DNA from: Octopus sinensis | Taxonomy: Eukaryota | Direction of reading: 5' to 3' | Length of the DNA: 64,000 bases | Assembly: GCF_006345805.1 (NCBI RefSeq) | Contig: NW_021824835.1 | Location: forward strand, 1,984-65,983 | Part shown: in pieces, positions 38,788-51,724 of the stretch | How the letters are laid out: each line of letters opens with the position of its first letter | Position numbering within the stretch: the first letter of the stretch is position 1 | The notes under the pieces: model-generated | The model's database searches: none | What the model saw: only the letters and a program-made list of their open reading frames with translations | Told to the model about the DNA's origin: nothing | Position numbers and translations under genes: made by a program

Positions 38788-39051
38788 AAAACCCCAATAC
38801 AAATATAAGAAGGATGTTTAACCATTGAATGACTACGGAAGGCTACCTGAAAATGAGTATCCACAGGTAAAAAATTTGGTTGAGAAACAGTCGTATAATT
38901 AGACCTAGATTCAAAGGTGTTCTAGTTGGGACTTTATCTAATGGGTCCTTTGTTTATTTAATTCAATGCAAAGTGCGTTGAGGGTAATTTAGCTGCTATT
39001 TCTTGCAGATAGCCGCCATATCTTCCTCAAATCACAGCTTATTGTGTTAAA

Positions 39052-39536
39052 CAATGGTTTTCAACCCCTTTTTTTTTACCTTCGAACCCCTTTGATTCCT
39101 GTTTTACGAGGATGGACCCTCAGCCATTCGATGTTTAAAAACTCCCTTTATTTTTTTATAATTAAATATTCTTTTCTACTCTAGGCACAAGGCTTGAAAT
39201 TTTGGGGGAGGTGGCCAGTCGATTAGATTGATCCCAGTACACAACTGGTACTTAATTTATCAACCCTGAAAGGATGAAAGGCAAAGTCGACCTCGGCGGA
39301 ATTTGAACTCAGAACGTAAAGACAGACGAAATACCGCTATGCATTTCACCCGACGTGCTAATGATTCTGCCAGCTCGCCGCCTTTTTATAATTAAATATT
39401 GTTAGGAATTGTATAAAAAGATGCTAAAATATTTTGTGCAATGTAGAAGTATAACCGATTTATTGCAAATGAATTTTAACGACAAAATCTACCATGGACT
39501 CCAAAGAGTCGCATTGACCCCGGTTGAGAATCACTA
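39052..39536. mobile_element. hAT (Charlie-like) MITE interrupted by a family-B SINE
   Basis: TIRs CAATGGTTTTCAACC and GGTTGAGAATCACTA; TGTTAAA directly on both flanks, consistent with an 8-bp TSD altered by one base. Confidence 0.7.
39171..39382 (-). mobile_element. Family-B SINE, full length with 18-bp TSD
   Basis: TTTTTATAATTAAATATT at 39153-39170 and 39383-39400. Confidence 0.95.
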
Positions 39537-40181
39537 TGTTAAAATAAAGGACACGTTCATTGATATCACCCTACACTGTATCTGAAAATAAGGTCTTCTA
39601 AGTATTAACCTGCACAGAGCTAATCTGCAGCTACAGAAATACAACAAACCTCACAGTTCTTCATCGTCTTTCGGACAGCTGAACTCTCAGGCAGGATTTG
39701 GTCTTATGTTGGCATATCGAAATTAGTTCGGTTTTATTTTATTTTTAAAGTTTGCTTAAGATTACAAATACAACTGGATTTCTCTGCATGAAAGAATTCA
39801 CGACACTTCGTCAGTTTCTAAACACTTGTGCTTTATGTAAAACTATTCATGTAATTTTTGTGATCATTTTCTTTCCTCTTGTACAAAAGTACGACGTTGC
39901 ATCCCAATTTTTTAACCGACCTCATGTGCGAATATTATCTATACCTATACCTCCTCTATATCTATCTACCTATCTATTCTTCAATGTTTCTTTCTCCCTC
40001 TCCCCCTTCTCTCTCTCTCTCTCTCTCAGCTTATCTCTGCTTATATACTATCTAAATACTCTTTCTATTCCCATCTCTTTCTCTCTCTTCTGTCAGAGTG
40101 TGTATATATATTCATACAAACCCACCTACCTATATACATACGCTATATACATACACACACACACACATACACACACACACA

Positions 40182-40242
<61 letters not shown>

Positions 40243-40294
40243 GTATGTATATATATGTGTGTGTGTGTGAATGAATGAACACACGCACACACAC

Positions 40295-40393
<99 letters not shown>

Positions 40394-40984
40394 AACGAAC
40401 ACACACACGCACACATACACACACAAACAGAAACACACTCACATATCAAACACTTGTTTTTTATAAGTTTCTAAATATTTTCACAAGAGAAGGAGAAAAA
40501 AAGAAGAAAGAAAAGAAAAAGAAGTGACTTTCCCTTTTCAGAAACCAGATAGAGATGCATCACAGATATGGCTGGTTCCATCATATTTACCTTTTTAGAT
40601 GATTATTCTACGATATTCGATAATCGAGATGTTATTGACACAGCCAAGTAGAACATTTATTCTCTGTCAACAGACAGCGAGGAGCCGCCAAACGTCGCCA
40701 GGGGATGTATTTACGAAATCATTTACTTTCTGCGTTATCATCATCGTCGTCGTCGTCGTCATCATCATCATCATCATCATCATCATCACGTTCTTCGTGA
40801 TTATTATAATCCTTTCTTCTTCTTCTTCTTCTTCTTCTTCTTCTTCTTCTTCTTCTTCTTCTTCTTCTTCTTCTTCTTCTTCTTCTTCTTCTTCTTCTCC
40901 TCCTCCTCCTTCTCCTTCTTATTATTATTACCATTATTATTTGTGGTAGAAGTAATAGTAGCAATAAATAAACAAATAAAAACA

Positions 40985-41150
40985 CCGGCGAAAACATTCG
41001 TCGCTGCGTTCTGAATTCAAATTCCGCCGACGTCGACTTTATCTTTCATCCTTTGGGTGTCGATTAAGTAAGTACCAGTTGAACTCTGGGGTCGATGTAA
41101 TCAACTCATCCCCTCCCGAAAAGTTTCTGCCCTTGTGGCAAAATTCGAAC
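40985..41150 (+). mobile_element. Family-B SINE, 5'-truncated
   Basis: CTGAATTCAAATTCCGCCGACGTCGACTTT...GGGGTCGATGTAATC. Confidence 0.75.
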
Positions 41151-41546
41151 TCACATTATTATCATCATCATTATTATTAGTAGTAGTAGTTATGGTAGTA
41201 GTAGTTATTTTTATTTTCATTCTTTTATGTTTCGTTTTCATCGTTATCATCATTCCTTCACGCTCCAGACGACAAATGCATAAATTAAGAAGCATTCGAC
41301 TTCCCCAAGCATTTGATTGTCAGCTAAGAGTCATTTACACACAAACGGACACATTCTCTTATGATGATGATGATGATGATGATGATGAAGGTGGTGGGGT
41401 GGGGGTGGGAGTGGGGGTGGGGGTGGGGGGTGATGATGATGGCTACAGGTGCGATTCAGACAGTTTCCATTCAACAACATAAATCGCAATAGACTTACTG
41501 CTGCCAACACCACTTATGGCACCTTATCACTAATGTGTGTGTGTGT

Positions 41547-41861
41547 GAAGGTGCATGGCTCAGTGGTTAAAGCGTCGGCTCACAATCATGAGGTCGTGAG
41601 TTCAATTTCCGAACCGGGCTGTGTGTTGTGTTCTTTGGCAAGACAGTTTATTTCACGTTACTCCAGACGTCACTGGTGCCAAATTCCATCGGACTTTGCC
41701 TTTTCATTGGATAACATCTGTGGCGGGGAGACATGATGCTGGGATGCCTGGGCGACCGCTGGTCTTCCATAAAACAACCTTGCCCGGACTTGTGCCTCAG
41801 AGGGGAACTTTGTAGGTGAAATCCCATGGTCATTCATGACTGATGGAGGTCTTTAACCCTT
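41547..41861 (+). mobile_element. tRNA-derived SINE, family C
   Basis: A-box TGGCTCAGTGGTTAAAGC, B-box GAGTTCAATTTCC, then a body unlike families A and B. Confidence 0.75.
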
Positions 41862-42036
41862 ATATATATATATATGAATTTGTAAAACAAAGAAGATGAA
41901 ATGAACAAGCTTTAATCACAAATCCCAACAATTGTTTCTGTGCAATGTAACATATGTTAGTTGCTGCGTTTTCCATATAGAATTACATAAATAGTATTAT
42001 GGTAGCCGTTAACAGTAGTAAAGCGTGGAAACACTC

Positions 42037-42092
<56 letters not shown>

Positions 42093-42234
42093 TGTGTGTG
42101 TGTGTGTGGAACAAAAGCGCAATAGAGGGAATTAAGACGTTCGGACAGATAGACGACACAAAGGTGGACAAGAGAAACAACAATTAGAAGGACAGGCAAA
42201 AAAGACGAGTCATTCTTGGCTTTCTTTCACCAGT

Positions 42235-42650
42235 CAAGTCCCAGAAGTCACGACCATTTTGGGCAGTTACACTTGAGGTGGTTCGATCTGGTGCTTAATT
42301 TATCGACCCCGAAAGGATGAAAGAGAAAGTTAAATTCGGTGAAATTTGAACTCAAAACGTCAATATGAAACTTTCTGAGTGTATTTGGTAGACGAAAACT
42401 AAAATATGTGTGTGTGTTCTGTCTGTCTATGTTTGTCCACCACCACCGCTTGACGACTACTATAGGTGTGTGTATTCACCCCTGTAACTTAACAGTTCGG
42501 CAGAAAAGAAAAAAAACTCCAAAAGCGATACAATAAATACCAGGCTTTAAAAAAAATAAGTAAATAAATAAATACTGGAGCCGATTCTTTCGACTAAAAT
42601 TTTTCAAGGCGGTGCTCCAGTATGGCCGCAATCTAATGAGTGAACTAAAA
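42235..42650. mobile_element. Adjacent SINE fragments: family B minus (42235-42365) and family A 3' half plus (42370-42650)
   Basis: Recognisable family blocks. Confidence 0.7.
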
Positions 42651-43139
42651 GATATACATATACACACTCACATATTTTGTATTGTGTGTATGTGTGTGTA
42701 AATTAGGAAGTATCGCTGTGAGTAGGAAAGACTCTTTAGAAATTCTGACTTGTTCGTTTTACTCGCTTCATTTAACTTCAATTATAGTCATAACTTCCTC
42801 TGAGTAATACCGATTATATATATATCTATATATTCAATAGTCACTGGTAGTTTTTAAGTGCATGTACCCACGTACATACGCATACACACGCACGTATGTA
42901 TTATACCAGTCATAGTAAATATTTAGCATGTTGTATACATCTGAATAAACAAGGCGGGTGACACTGAGTTCAGACACTTCAGAAATTTTCTATTGCTCTC
43001 CGTGTTTTGTTGGTTTATAAATATTGTTGACGTCATAATTATTTCTAGGCTTTCGAGAGAACGTGAAATATTTGTTTGTGGTGGTGGGGAATAGGAGATT
43101 TCGAAGCCGATGATAGAGCTATAATTAATAGCATATAAA

Positions 43140-43772
43140 TTGTGAGTAGATTTGGTAGACGGAAACTAAAAGAAGCCCGTAGTACATAGGTATATATGTA
43201 TGTATTGTATTTGTGTATCTGTGTTAGTCCCCCACACCATCGTTTGATAACCGATGCTGGTGTGTTAACACTCCTGTAATTTAGCGGTTAGGCAAGAGAG
43301 ACCGATAGAATAAGTACTAGTGGATGAACGCCTCAGCATGTTCTCTCCACCAACCGTGGTCTGATGTGGAGGTCATACTGGTTTGACAAACATAACACTC
43401 TACTACACTGATTCGACATGGTTTGGCAAAGGGATGCATTTTTTTTTTTTTGTATATACAGATCCGCAAAACAAACGTTTACACACTTCCAGAATGACAA
43501 TTTCTGTCGACATATTTAACTTGTAGAAATACTTCATTCGATGGTCTATCAAATTATGATAACACTGGATTATATTTATACAGATTTCTCCTTTCCTGCA
43601 TTTTTGGGGCGGACTCTGTATATATTCATGCTCAACTGGCACTTATTTTATCGATCCCGAAAGCATGAAAGGCTAATTCGACCTCAGCAGAATTTGAACT
43701 CAGAACGTAGCGACGGAGAAAATACGCAAAGCCTTTCACTCGGCATGCTAACGATTCCGCCAGGTCACCGCC
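43140..43772. mobile_element. SINE fragments: family A 3' half plus (43140-43320) and family B minus (43590-43772)
   Basis: Recognisable family blocks. Confidence 0.7.
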
Positions 43773-44090
43773 TTCGCCGCATATGGATATTGGATTGCAA
43801 AAACCCCTTTCGGATTGAGAAATTCGATGGATTACTTTGTTCCAATGGTAAAACGCTTGTCATGTCATGCGGAGAGGCGGGTTCGAATCTCACTGTCACC
43901 TTTCGATATTGTCGATCCAAAAGGTTTATTTATATGCTATTATCCATCATTTTATCATCTGCTTCGAGTTTCACTATGCCTAACTATATGTTTGTGTGCA
44001 TGTGTGTGTCTCTCTGTCTGTGTGAGGATATATATATATATGTGTGTGTGTGTGTATGTGTGTGTGTATGTATATATGTATGTATATATA

Positions 44091-44512
44091 GGCACAGGCG
44101 TAGCTGTGTGAATAGGCGCAGGCGTTGCTCTGTTGTAAGTAGCTTACTTCCCCACCTCATGGTTCTGGGTTCAGTCCCACTGCGTAGAACCTTGGGCAAG
44201 TGTCTTCCACTACAGCCTCGAGCCGACCAATGCCTTGTGAGTAGATGTGGTAGACGGAAACTGACAGAAGCCAGTTGTATATATGTATATATGTATGTAT
44301 TGTAGTTGTGTATCTGTGTTTGTGCCCCCACTATCGTTTGGTAACCGATGCAGGTGTGTTTACGCCCCTGTAACTTAGCAGTTCAGCAAGAGAGACCGAT
44401 AGAGTAAGTACTAGGCTTAAAAAATAAGTCCTGAGCTCGATTTGTTCGACTAAAACCCCTCAAGGCGGTGCCCCAGTATGGTTACAGTCAAATGACTGAA
44501 ACAAGTAAAAGA

Positions 44513-44515
<3 letters not shown>
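44091..44515 (+). mobile_element. Family-A SINE, full length with duplicated 5' head
   Basis: GGCACAGGCGTAGCTGTGTG followed by GGCGCAGGCGTTGCTCTGTTGTAAG; complete tail. Confidence 0.88.
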
Positions 44516-44557
<42 letters not shown>

Positions 44558-44822
44558 GATATATACAGGGCTTATTGGAATAGAATTCAGTCTGTGCACT
44601 GCCCGGGCTCAGAAAAGGCAATGTGGGGTTCGACTAAAATTCTGGAAGATCCAACAGCAGTAGTCCAAATGCTGTCTCGTCCAGCCCTTCAAGATCTCAC
44701 TCATAGGCATTGTGTGTGCATGGTGTGTGTGTATGTGTGTGTGTGTGTATTAGAGAGGGAGAGAGCATATTTTTGTCTTATAACTCGGGCTTCATGTCAC
44801 TGCGATCTTCGGTCTATATATG

Positions 44823-44865
<43 letters not shown>

Positions 44866-45569
44866 ATCGACGTTCTAGCTGTTTGTATGTAATTGTATGT
44901 ACGTATATACATTTGTCTTAGCATGCAAGTATGTATGAGTGCATGTGTTTGCGCGTGTTCGTGTCTCGGCACACGTGCGTCTGCGCGTGCGCATGAAACA
45001 CAAAAAAATAATAATAACAAATTAAAATAAAAGAGGATTTTTGCTAATGAATTAGTGAATTGTTATTTAGTTTGAAATCTTTTTAGGACACGTAATCCCC
45101 AGTAAAAAACAAAAACAAAAACAAAGAAAATAAACACACCGGGACTTCAATAAGAATAGTTACACCAGCAATTACAAGAAACAATTATAAACCAGAACAA
45201 TTATTTATTTTTATAAAGAATAATCTATATTGGTTTCGTGGTCCATAAAAAGCAGAAAGACACATTTTTCCACCTCACATATAACATTAATGTCAAATAA
45301 AGAATAAAGCATAAGGTTTTAATCAAAATTACAATATACCATTGTTTTTTCGTGGGAAATGCTCTAACTCCCTAAGACTGGTAGTAATCGTCTGTATCTC
45401 CAAGTGAGCGCGTGTTTTGTTGTTGTTGTTGAGACGACATTTTTGTTTAAGGTGAGTTCACAGAAGACTATTGTCGTGTGTAAAAATATTCGTGTAGGCG
45501 TTACGTATCCTGTAATTTTATCAGCCTGTCTCTCTATCTGACTATTTGTCTTTCTATCAATCTGTATGC

Positions 45570-45654
<85 letters not shown>

Positions 45655-48178
45655 AGTTTTTCTGACAAACCGAAGGAGGAGAAAGCAAAATCTTTCGAGC
45701 AGTAACTAACCTTCTGTTCCTTTCATTTGTGTTTTAACTCACTAGGATTATGATCAAGATTGGTTGTGTGAATGCGCGTGGCTTGGGGTCCACTTGGAAA
45801 CCTCTTAAATTACATAAAGCCACACAAGTTAGAAATCATAGCCATAAGGGAGACTAAACTCCATAATCCACGGGCCCTACAGCCCATGTTTGGCAGACAG
45901 TTTAACATTTATTTTTCTCCCTGTCTGCTGAGATGGGCGGTAGTGGCACTGCGGTACTTTTTCGCAAGAGTCTGGATCTCGAAGTAAAGACAATATTCGT
46001 AGATCCGGAGGGTAGACTGGTTGTCCTGGATGTCGACGGCAGCAATGTGTGCGCTTTTCGACTCGTATCAATCTACACATCGCTTTAACAGGTCGGTCGG
46101 ATTTCTTTCGACGTCTAGAAGTATTCCTAGGAATGTCTCGTCCCTTACGTTTAGTGGGGGATTGGAATGCTACCTTGGACACACATGTTGACTACGTGGA
46201 CAGAGATAGGAATTGACGGGGATGCAAATGCCTCAGAGAGCTGCTCAGATGCTTTCAACTGTCTGACAGGTACCGACTCGATCACCCGAATGCACCAACG
46301 TGGACATGGAGCAACAGCATCGGGTCGTCGAGATCGTATCTAGATAGGATACTGTGTAGGACGGTAGATAGAGATAGCGTAGGGTGTCCACAATTCCATA
46401 TAGTCAGCTACACGGATCACAAACTTGTGACGTGTACGCTAGTCTTAGATAAGACACATAGGCAGGGTCCCAGGTACTGGAAACTGAAAGCGTCTTTCTT
46501 ATCGAAACAGGTTTTCAGAGACCGGATTAGTACGCTAGTAAAGAGGGCTTTGACGGGAGCCATCATCAAAAACAAATGGTGGTTTGCCCTCAAGAGAGCA
46601 ATAAAAACAGAAGCGATTAGGTATAGCAAAGCACTAGCCATAGACAGAAACAGAGTAGAGGGTGACCTAGTTAAGAAGCTAGAAGAGGCGATTAGAAGTG
46701 GCATCGTATTCGACGTTTTGGCGGCGAGGTTGGTCCTCGAGCAACATTTCAACGCCAAACATGAAGAGTGTCTTGTCAGAGCTAGGATGCGTACTCTAAG
46801 GAATGAAAGTGTTGGAGCGGCGCGAGAGGCCGGGTGGCGGAGGCGCAACAGGGCAAGAAGGCCACCATTCGGTCTCTTGTAGATGAACAGGGGTACGAAT
46901 TACTCGAACCAAGTAAAATGTGCGAAGCCTTTCAACAGCATTTTGCCCGACTGTTCGAGACGAGTGGCGGGCGAGAACGCAGGGTTCTCGCTTGTCATCG
47001 AGAAAGGAAGCGTTCCGATGGTCAGGCGATCTGTTTGCTGCTACCATCCGCTAAAAGGATGCCGTGGTGGATGATGTGCAGACATGCGCTGAGACTGCGA
47101 TATTTCCGGCTCTACGTAGACGACGGTGGACAGGTGTGCTCACCGTTTGTGCGACGCGCTTTCCCACAACTCATCTCCATGACCGAAGTGCAGTCGTGGA
47201 GCAAGAAGAGACCGAGGAAGGGGGGATGGCACCGTGAGAGTCGCATTGCTCTCGAGCAACTATGCCATCTCGGGTCGACCTTGAGCGACTGCATCACAAC
47301 CAAGGCATTCTCTAGGGGATTAGTGGAGGGGAGGTACGATGACGATCTAGGGGCGAACCTGGGTGTCGACGAGGAATACCTGACCCGCCTGTTCAAGACG
47401 ACTTTCGGGCCGGGACCTATGGACACATTCCAGAGATCCCTGGTGTGGCAGTGCTATCGAGATAAGTTCTACATGCATGGCTCGAGAAATGCCGGGCCGA
47501 CCTGCCTGAGATGCAGTGTCCAAACATTTCCGACCTGTGGGCTTAAGTCGAACGACTGCTGTCACGTGTGGGACGAGTCGGTTTATCAGCCGAGTCAATC
47601 GTTAATATTGTCGCGCCTCCTCCCTTCAAACGAGAAGGAAGAGCCATTTTCATCGTACTTCAGGCTATGGCGAAAGAATGTGTATGGTTCACGCGTCTGA
47701 AAGGACTAGAGGCAAACACCTTCCTCCTTGGTCAATCACTCATCAACTTCTTCAAGTATCACTTGAAAAAAAAAAGGTGAGAATAGAGAGGGAAATTTTG
47801 TCTAGCGAATGCTTCAACAAAAGATGGGTGAATGTAGCAAGGATGGCTCGTGTGAATGATGGAGCCGCCTTGAGCATAATTCTATTCAACCAGAAAAACA
47901 AAGGAAAAAAGAGAGTTACTAACTGTAAATGTGTTATTGTATGACATTATTGCCCGAGGTTACCGTGGTCTTTTCGTTTTTTTTCTTTCCACGGATAAAC
48001 CTTCCCACTTTTGGGAACTACGTTTCTTTTCCTTTTGTATTATTTCGACTTTTGTATATTCCAAACGATTTTGATCCCTTTTGATTGTTGTCCCTATTTT
48101 TTTTTCGTCCCCCTCGAAAAGAAAAACTCTACATTGTATTTGTCTTCTCTGTTCAGCCGTGTGTGACCAATAAAGAAA
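45655..48178 (+). mobile_element. Tx1/L1-clade non-LTR retrotransposon remnant: APE present, RT deleted, C-terminal region and 3' UTR present
   Basis: ATG at 45750: MIKIGCVNARGLGS; then IIAIRETKL, LVGDWNA, WTWSN...SYLDRIL, YTDHKLV, GPRYWKLKASFL; late motifs SLVWQCYR and PTCLRC; AATAAAGAAA at 48169-48178; (TATC)n on both flanks. No RT motifs between about 46980 and 47010. Confidence 0.88.
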
Positions 48179-48469
48179 GTTATCTATCTATTTATCTATA
48201 TATTTATCTATCGTTGTTTTCCTATTTCTCTCATGCTTTCTGTATGTGTGTAAATATATATCTTTCTTCTTAACATGTGTATGTATGCGCGCGCGCGCGC
48301 GTGTGTGTTTGTGTATGCGTTTGTGTGTGTATGTGTGTGTCTGTGTGTGTGTGTGTTTATGTGTTTATGCGTTTGTGTGTGTATGTGTGTAGTCAGAGGA
48401 GGTGCGAAAGTCATGAGGACCTCTGCCGTTGGTGGGAGGCGAGGAGAAAGTTTTCCTGAAACCGAAAAT

Positions 48470-48750
48470 GAAACCCGATTGCTTACAACCGGGTTACATC
48501 CGATTTAAAACCCACAAATGGCTGCTGGTGCTTTTAGACATGGCGTCCCTATAAATCCTCTTACAGTAAGTGCTTTCCTCCTGTCCTTCCGCCAATCGTC
48601 CAGGTTATTGGCCTCTACAAAATTGGTTGTCTCAAGAGTTGGCCGACCGTAGGCTATGATAAAAGACACACTGGCACAACATACTACCTAATGGGGTCGA
48701 ACACGAGACCTAATGGTTACAAAACGGTCTTCTTAACCACACATCTATAC
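48470..48750 (-). mobile_element. Family-A-like SINE, strongly diverged
   Basis: TTGGCCGACCGTAGGCTATGATAAAAGACAC...CTTAACCACAC is a reverse-complement match to the family-A body and head. Confidence 0.5.
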
Positions 48751-49849
48751 CCGTGTCAATATTTGTATGTGTCTATGGGTGTTGTTTTGCATGTGTGAGT
48801 GTATGCATCCATAATTTCGTACCTTGTGTACGGGCGTATGCGTGCATAGACGGTTGTGCGTGCAGACGCAAGTCTGATATTTGACTGCATAATTTTGTTT
48901 TCTTTTTCTTCACCCGAAGAAAAAAAATGGCAAGAAGCTGTTTAATCCAGGTGGCGATATTTTTGTCTTTTTATTATACCTTGTCAGTCCTACCGCCTGA
49001 AAATTCTATTCTAAAAACCTTTTTGCTTAATTCCAGGTGGCAACAGTTAAACATACCGATAGCAGGATATACATAGAATCAGTACAACAATAGCTGAGTG
49101 TGTATCAAAGATAACAAGCATAAACCTGTTTTGCAATATTGCCAAAGGTACGTAAACTGTCATTTATTCTCTTTTAAAACGAGAGCAACCAACAGACGAA
49201 AATCGCATATAAAATATGAATTAGCTGAATGCATGTAGACTAATCGCTAACGATTATGCACCGTCGTCTTCATTATAAGGAATATTATAAAGTTAAAGTG
49301 TATTAATATACGCATATGAAACAGCCTTAAATTAATATGCAAGTGTGTATAATACATATATTCTGTATACAGTCGACTCAAGCTGTACATATTTTGTGTT
49401 AGAGAAAGTTCTCAGAGAGAAACGTGGGTAAAAAAAGAACAAGACAAACGACTTTGTTCAGAATGTCCGTGGATATTGCGACACATTTGTTTCGACTTGA
49501 TTTGGCCTTTTCAGTGGCGAATATGCCGGACGTACTGAGCTAGGTTAATGATGTTTGTTCCGATAGAGAAATCTGTAAACAAAATACTTACTGATTTATG
49601 CAAAAGCAAACCAGGATAGAATTGAATTGAAACAGCTTTAGATAATGTTTCGGTATGTAGACGACGTGGAATGAAATTAGCTACAATATTTTGCCGTAAA
49701 GAAATTTCTCAAAACTTCAATGTCCGGAGTATTCGTCAATGAGGAGGTCGAATCAGGTCGAAATGCCGTGCCTAACGATCCACCAGTATTTTGAGCGAAG
49801 TCCCGTATTTTGAATTTTTTTTCAGCTATTTCAGCAATTGCCGATTCAT

Positions 49850-50160
49850 GCTTGTATCCCCAATTATAATTGCTATATACACGGGGAAATGTAAAGTTGT
49901 GAATAAAAACAAAGAAAAATAGCCAATATATAAAACAAAAATATAAGCACGCACAATCATATTTAAGATTTTCGAGTACACTTGGACGTGCAAAAGTCTC
50001 CCGCTGCGGAAATAGTCTCCGAAGGAAATTTCCTTAAGACAATGTGTGTTAAAACATGATGAAACTGGATCGTAGGATGCATGCGTTTCCCACTCGTTAC
50101 GTTTCATCAACTACGAATGCTGAATTCGGTTTTCATTGACCTGTAAAACGCGTTGTTCTT
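49850..50160 (-). mobile_element. pLTR-like segment with a decayed hammerhead (50071-50115)
   Basis: Minus strand: CGTAG-TTGATGA-AACGTAACGAGTGG-GAAA-CGCATGCA-TC-CTACG; perfect helix I and near-palindromic helix III, broken helix II. Confidence 0.45.
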
Positions 50161-50297
50161 TTACACACACACACACATACACACACAGCAAATAGTAGGT
50201 TTGTTCATATTCGAAAAGCTTCGTGTACAAAACAGCGTTGAATGAGTTATATATATATATATATATTATATATATATATATATATATATGTAATCAT

Positions 50298-50434
50298 AAT
50301 AAGCAACAAGGATATCCAGAGGTAATGCAGTACGATCGTTTCATGCAACTCCATTTAACTGAACAATGCAATCATTGCATCAATTGCAGGAAACGATCGT
50401 ACTGCATTACCTCTGGATATCCTTGTAGCTTATT
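50298..50434. repeat. Fold-back inverted repeat, arms about 51 bp
   Basis: 50298-50348 is the reverse complement of 50384-50434, with two mismatches. Confidence 0.9.
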
Positions 50435-50521
50435 TTGATTTTAATCACTTTACTTTGAAATTGTATGGATAATACTGTAGTAAATTCTGGTGCCTCAACT
50501 TAAGCACCATATTCATCTGAA

Positions 50522-50575
<54 letters not shown>

Positions 50576-50759
50576 GACTTAGATCAGAAGGCAAGTCACT
50601 AAAATGTTCGCGAATAACGACGAAAGAACTTTGATTGTTTAACCAGTTCATTAATTGCTTAATCAGTACACTGAACAGCTGACTGATTAGTTAGTTGGTC
50701 ACATATTTAACCGCTTGACAAACCACAAAGAAGTGATATAGAACCAGTGTACATGTTAA

Positions 50760-51176
50760 GGCGGCGAGCTGGCAGTATCGTTAGCACGATGGACAATACG
50801 CTTAACAGCATTTCGTCAGTCGCCACATTCTGAGTTCAAATTACGCCGGGGTCGACTTTGCCTTTCATCCTTTCAGGGTCGATAAAAGTATCAGTGAAAC
50901 ACTGGGGTCGATATAAACGACTAGTTGCCCCGCCACGCCCCGCCAACAAATTTCAGGCCTTGTGCTTTTAGTAGAAAGGATTATTATTGGTTTTGACGAG
51001 CTGGCAGAATCGGTAGCATCCCGGACAACATGCTTAGCAGCATTTCGTCCGTCCTTACGTTCTGAGTCCACCAAAGTCGACTTTGCTTTTCGTTCTTTCG
51101 AGTTACGCACCGAGGTCAATGTAATCGACTAACACCTTCCCCCCAAATTTCGGACCTTGTGCCTATAATAGAAACG

Positions 51177-51180
<4 letters not shown>
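50760..51180 (+). mobile_element. Two tandem family-B SINEs (50760-50987 and 50996-51180) running into (ATT)n
   Basis: GGCGGCGAGCTGGCAG and GACGAGCTGGCAGAATCG heads; AGTAGAAAGGATTATT tails. Confidence 0.88.
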
Positions 51181-51237
<57 letters not shown>

Positions 51238-51242
51238 TATTA

Positions 51243-51337
<95 letters not shown>

Positions 51338-51368
51338 TATTATTATTATTATATTATTATTATTATTA

Positions 51369-51416
<48 letters not shown>

Positions 51417-51424
51417 CACTATTA

Positions 51425-51658
51425 TCATTTTATGTTTGACTTTTGCTTTACATTTGTACAAGTTGGCTCCAAGTCTCACCCAGAGACCTCAAGAGACAAG
51501 CTGGAAGTTCATGTTGGTGTTATGCCTAGTGTGCCATATATTTGGTTTTGTACATAGTGCTGTTCTAGAGAATGTTTAAGAAACCATAAGAAAATTATGT
51601 TTGTTTTAAAACTTGAGATTACATAGAAAGTATTTTGCGTAGGATATGGGCAGTTCCC
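51425..51658 (-). mobile_element. 3' terminal fragment of an RLE-type (R4/Dong-like) non-LTR element inside an (ATT)n array
   Basis: Minus strand 51657-51619 reads GTAHILRKILSM*, a typical RLE C-terminus; about 190-bp 3' UTR; (AAT)n on both sides. Confidence 0.75.

Positions 51659-51724
<66 letters not shown>

Noticed and set aside
39770-39820. Minus-strand CTGACGA...GAAA as a hammerhead
   Set aside because: Helix I does not pair and helix II does not close next to the core.
41395-41430. G-quadruplex-capable (GGGGGT)n run; also triplex-capable (TTC)n at 40814 and (CT)n at 2965
   Set aside because: Real sequence properties but commonplace in this microsatellite-rich background; no evidence of function.
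41547-41625. tRNA gene-like heads (also 62620, 27286, 27975 and others)
   Set aside because: A and B boxes are present, but they continue into SINE bodies and do not close a cloverleaf acceptor stem.
43541-44305. 254-aa ORF
   Set aside because: It runs through a family-B SINE, a microsatellite and a family-A SINE, so it is a chance open frame.
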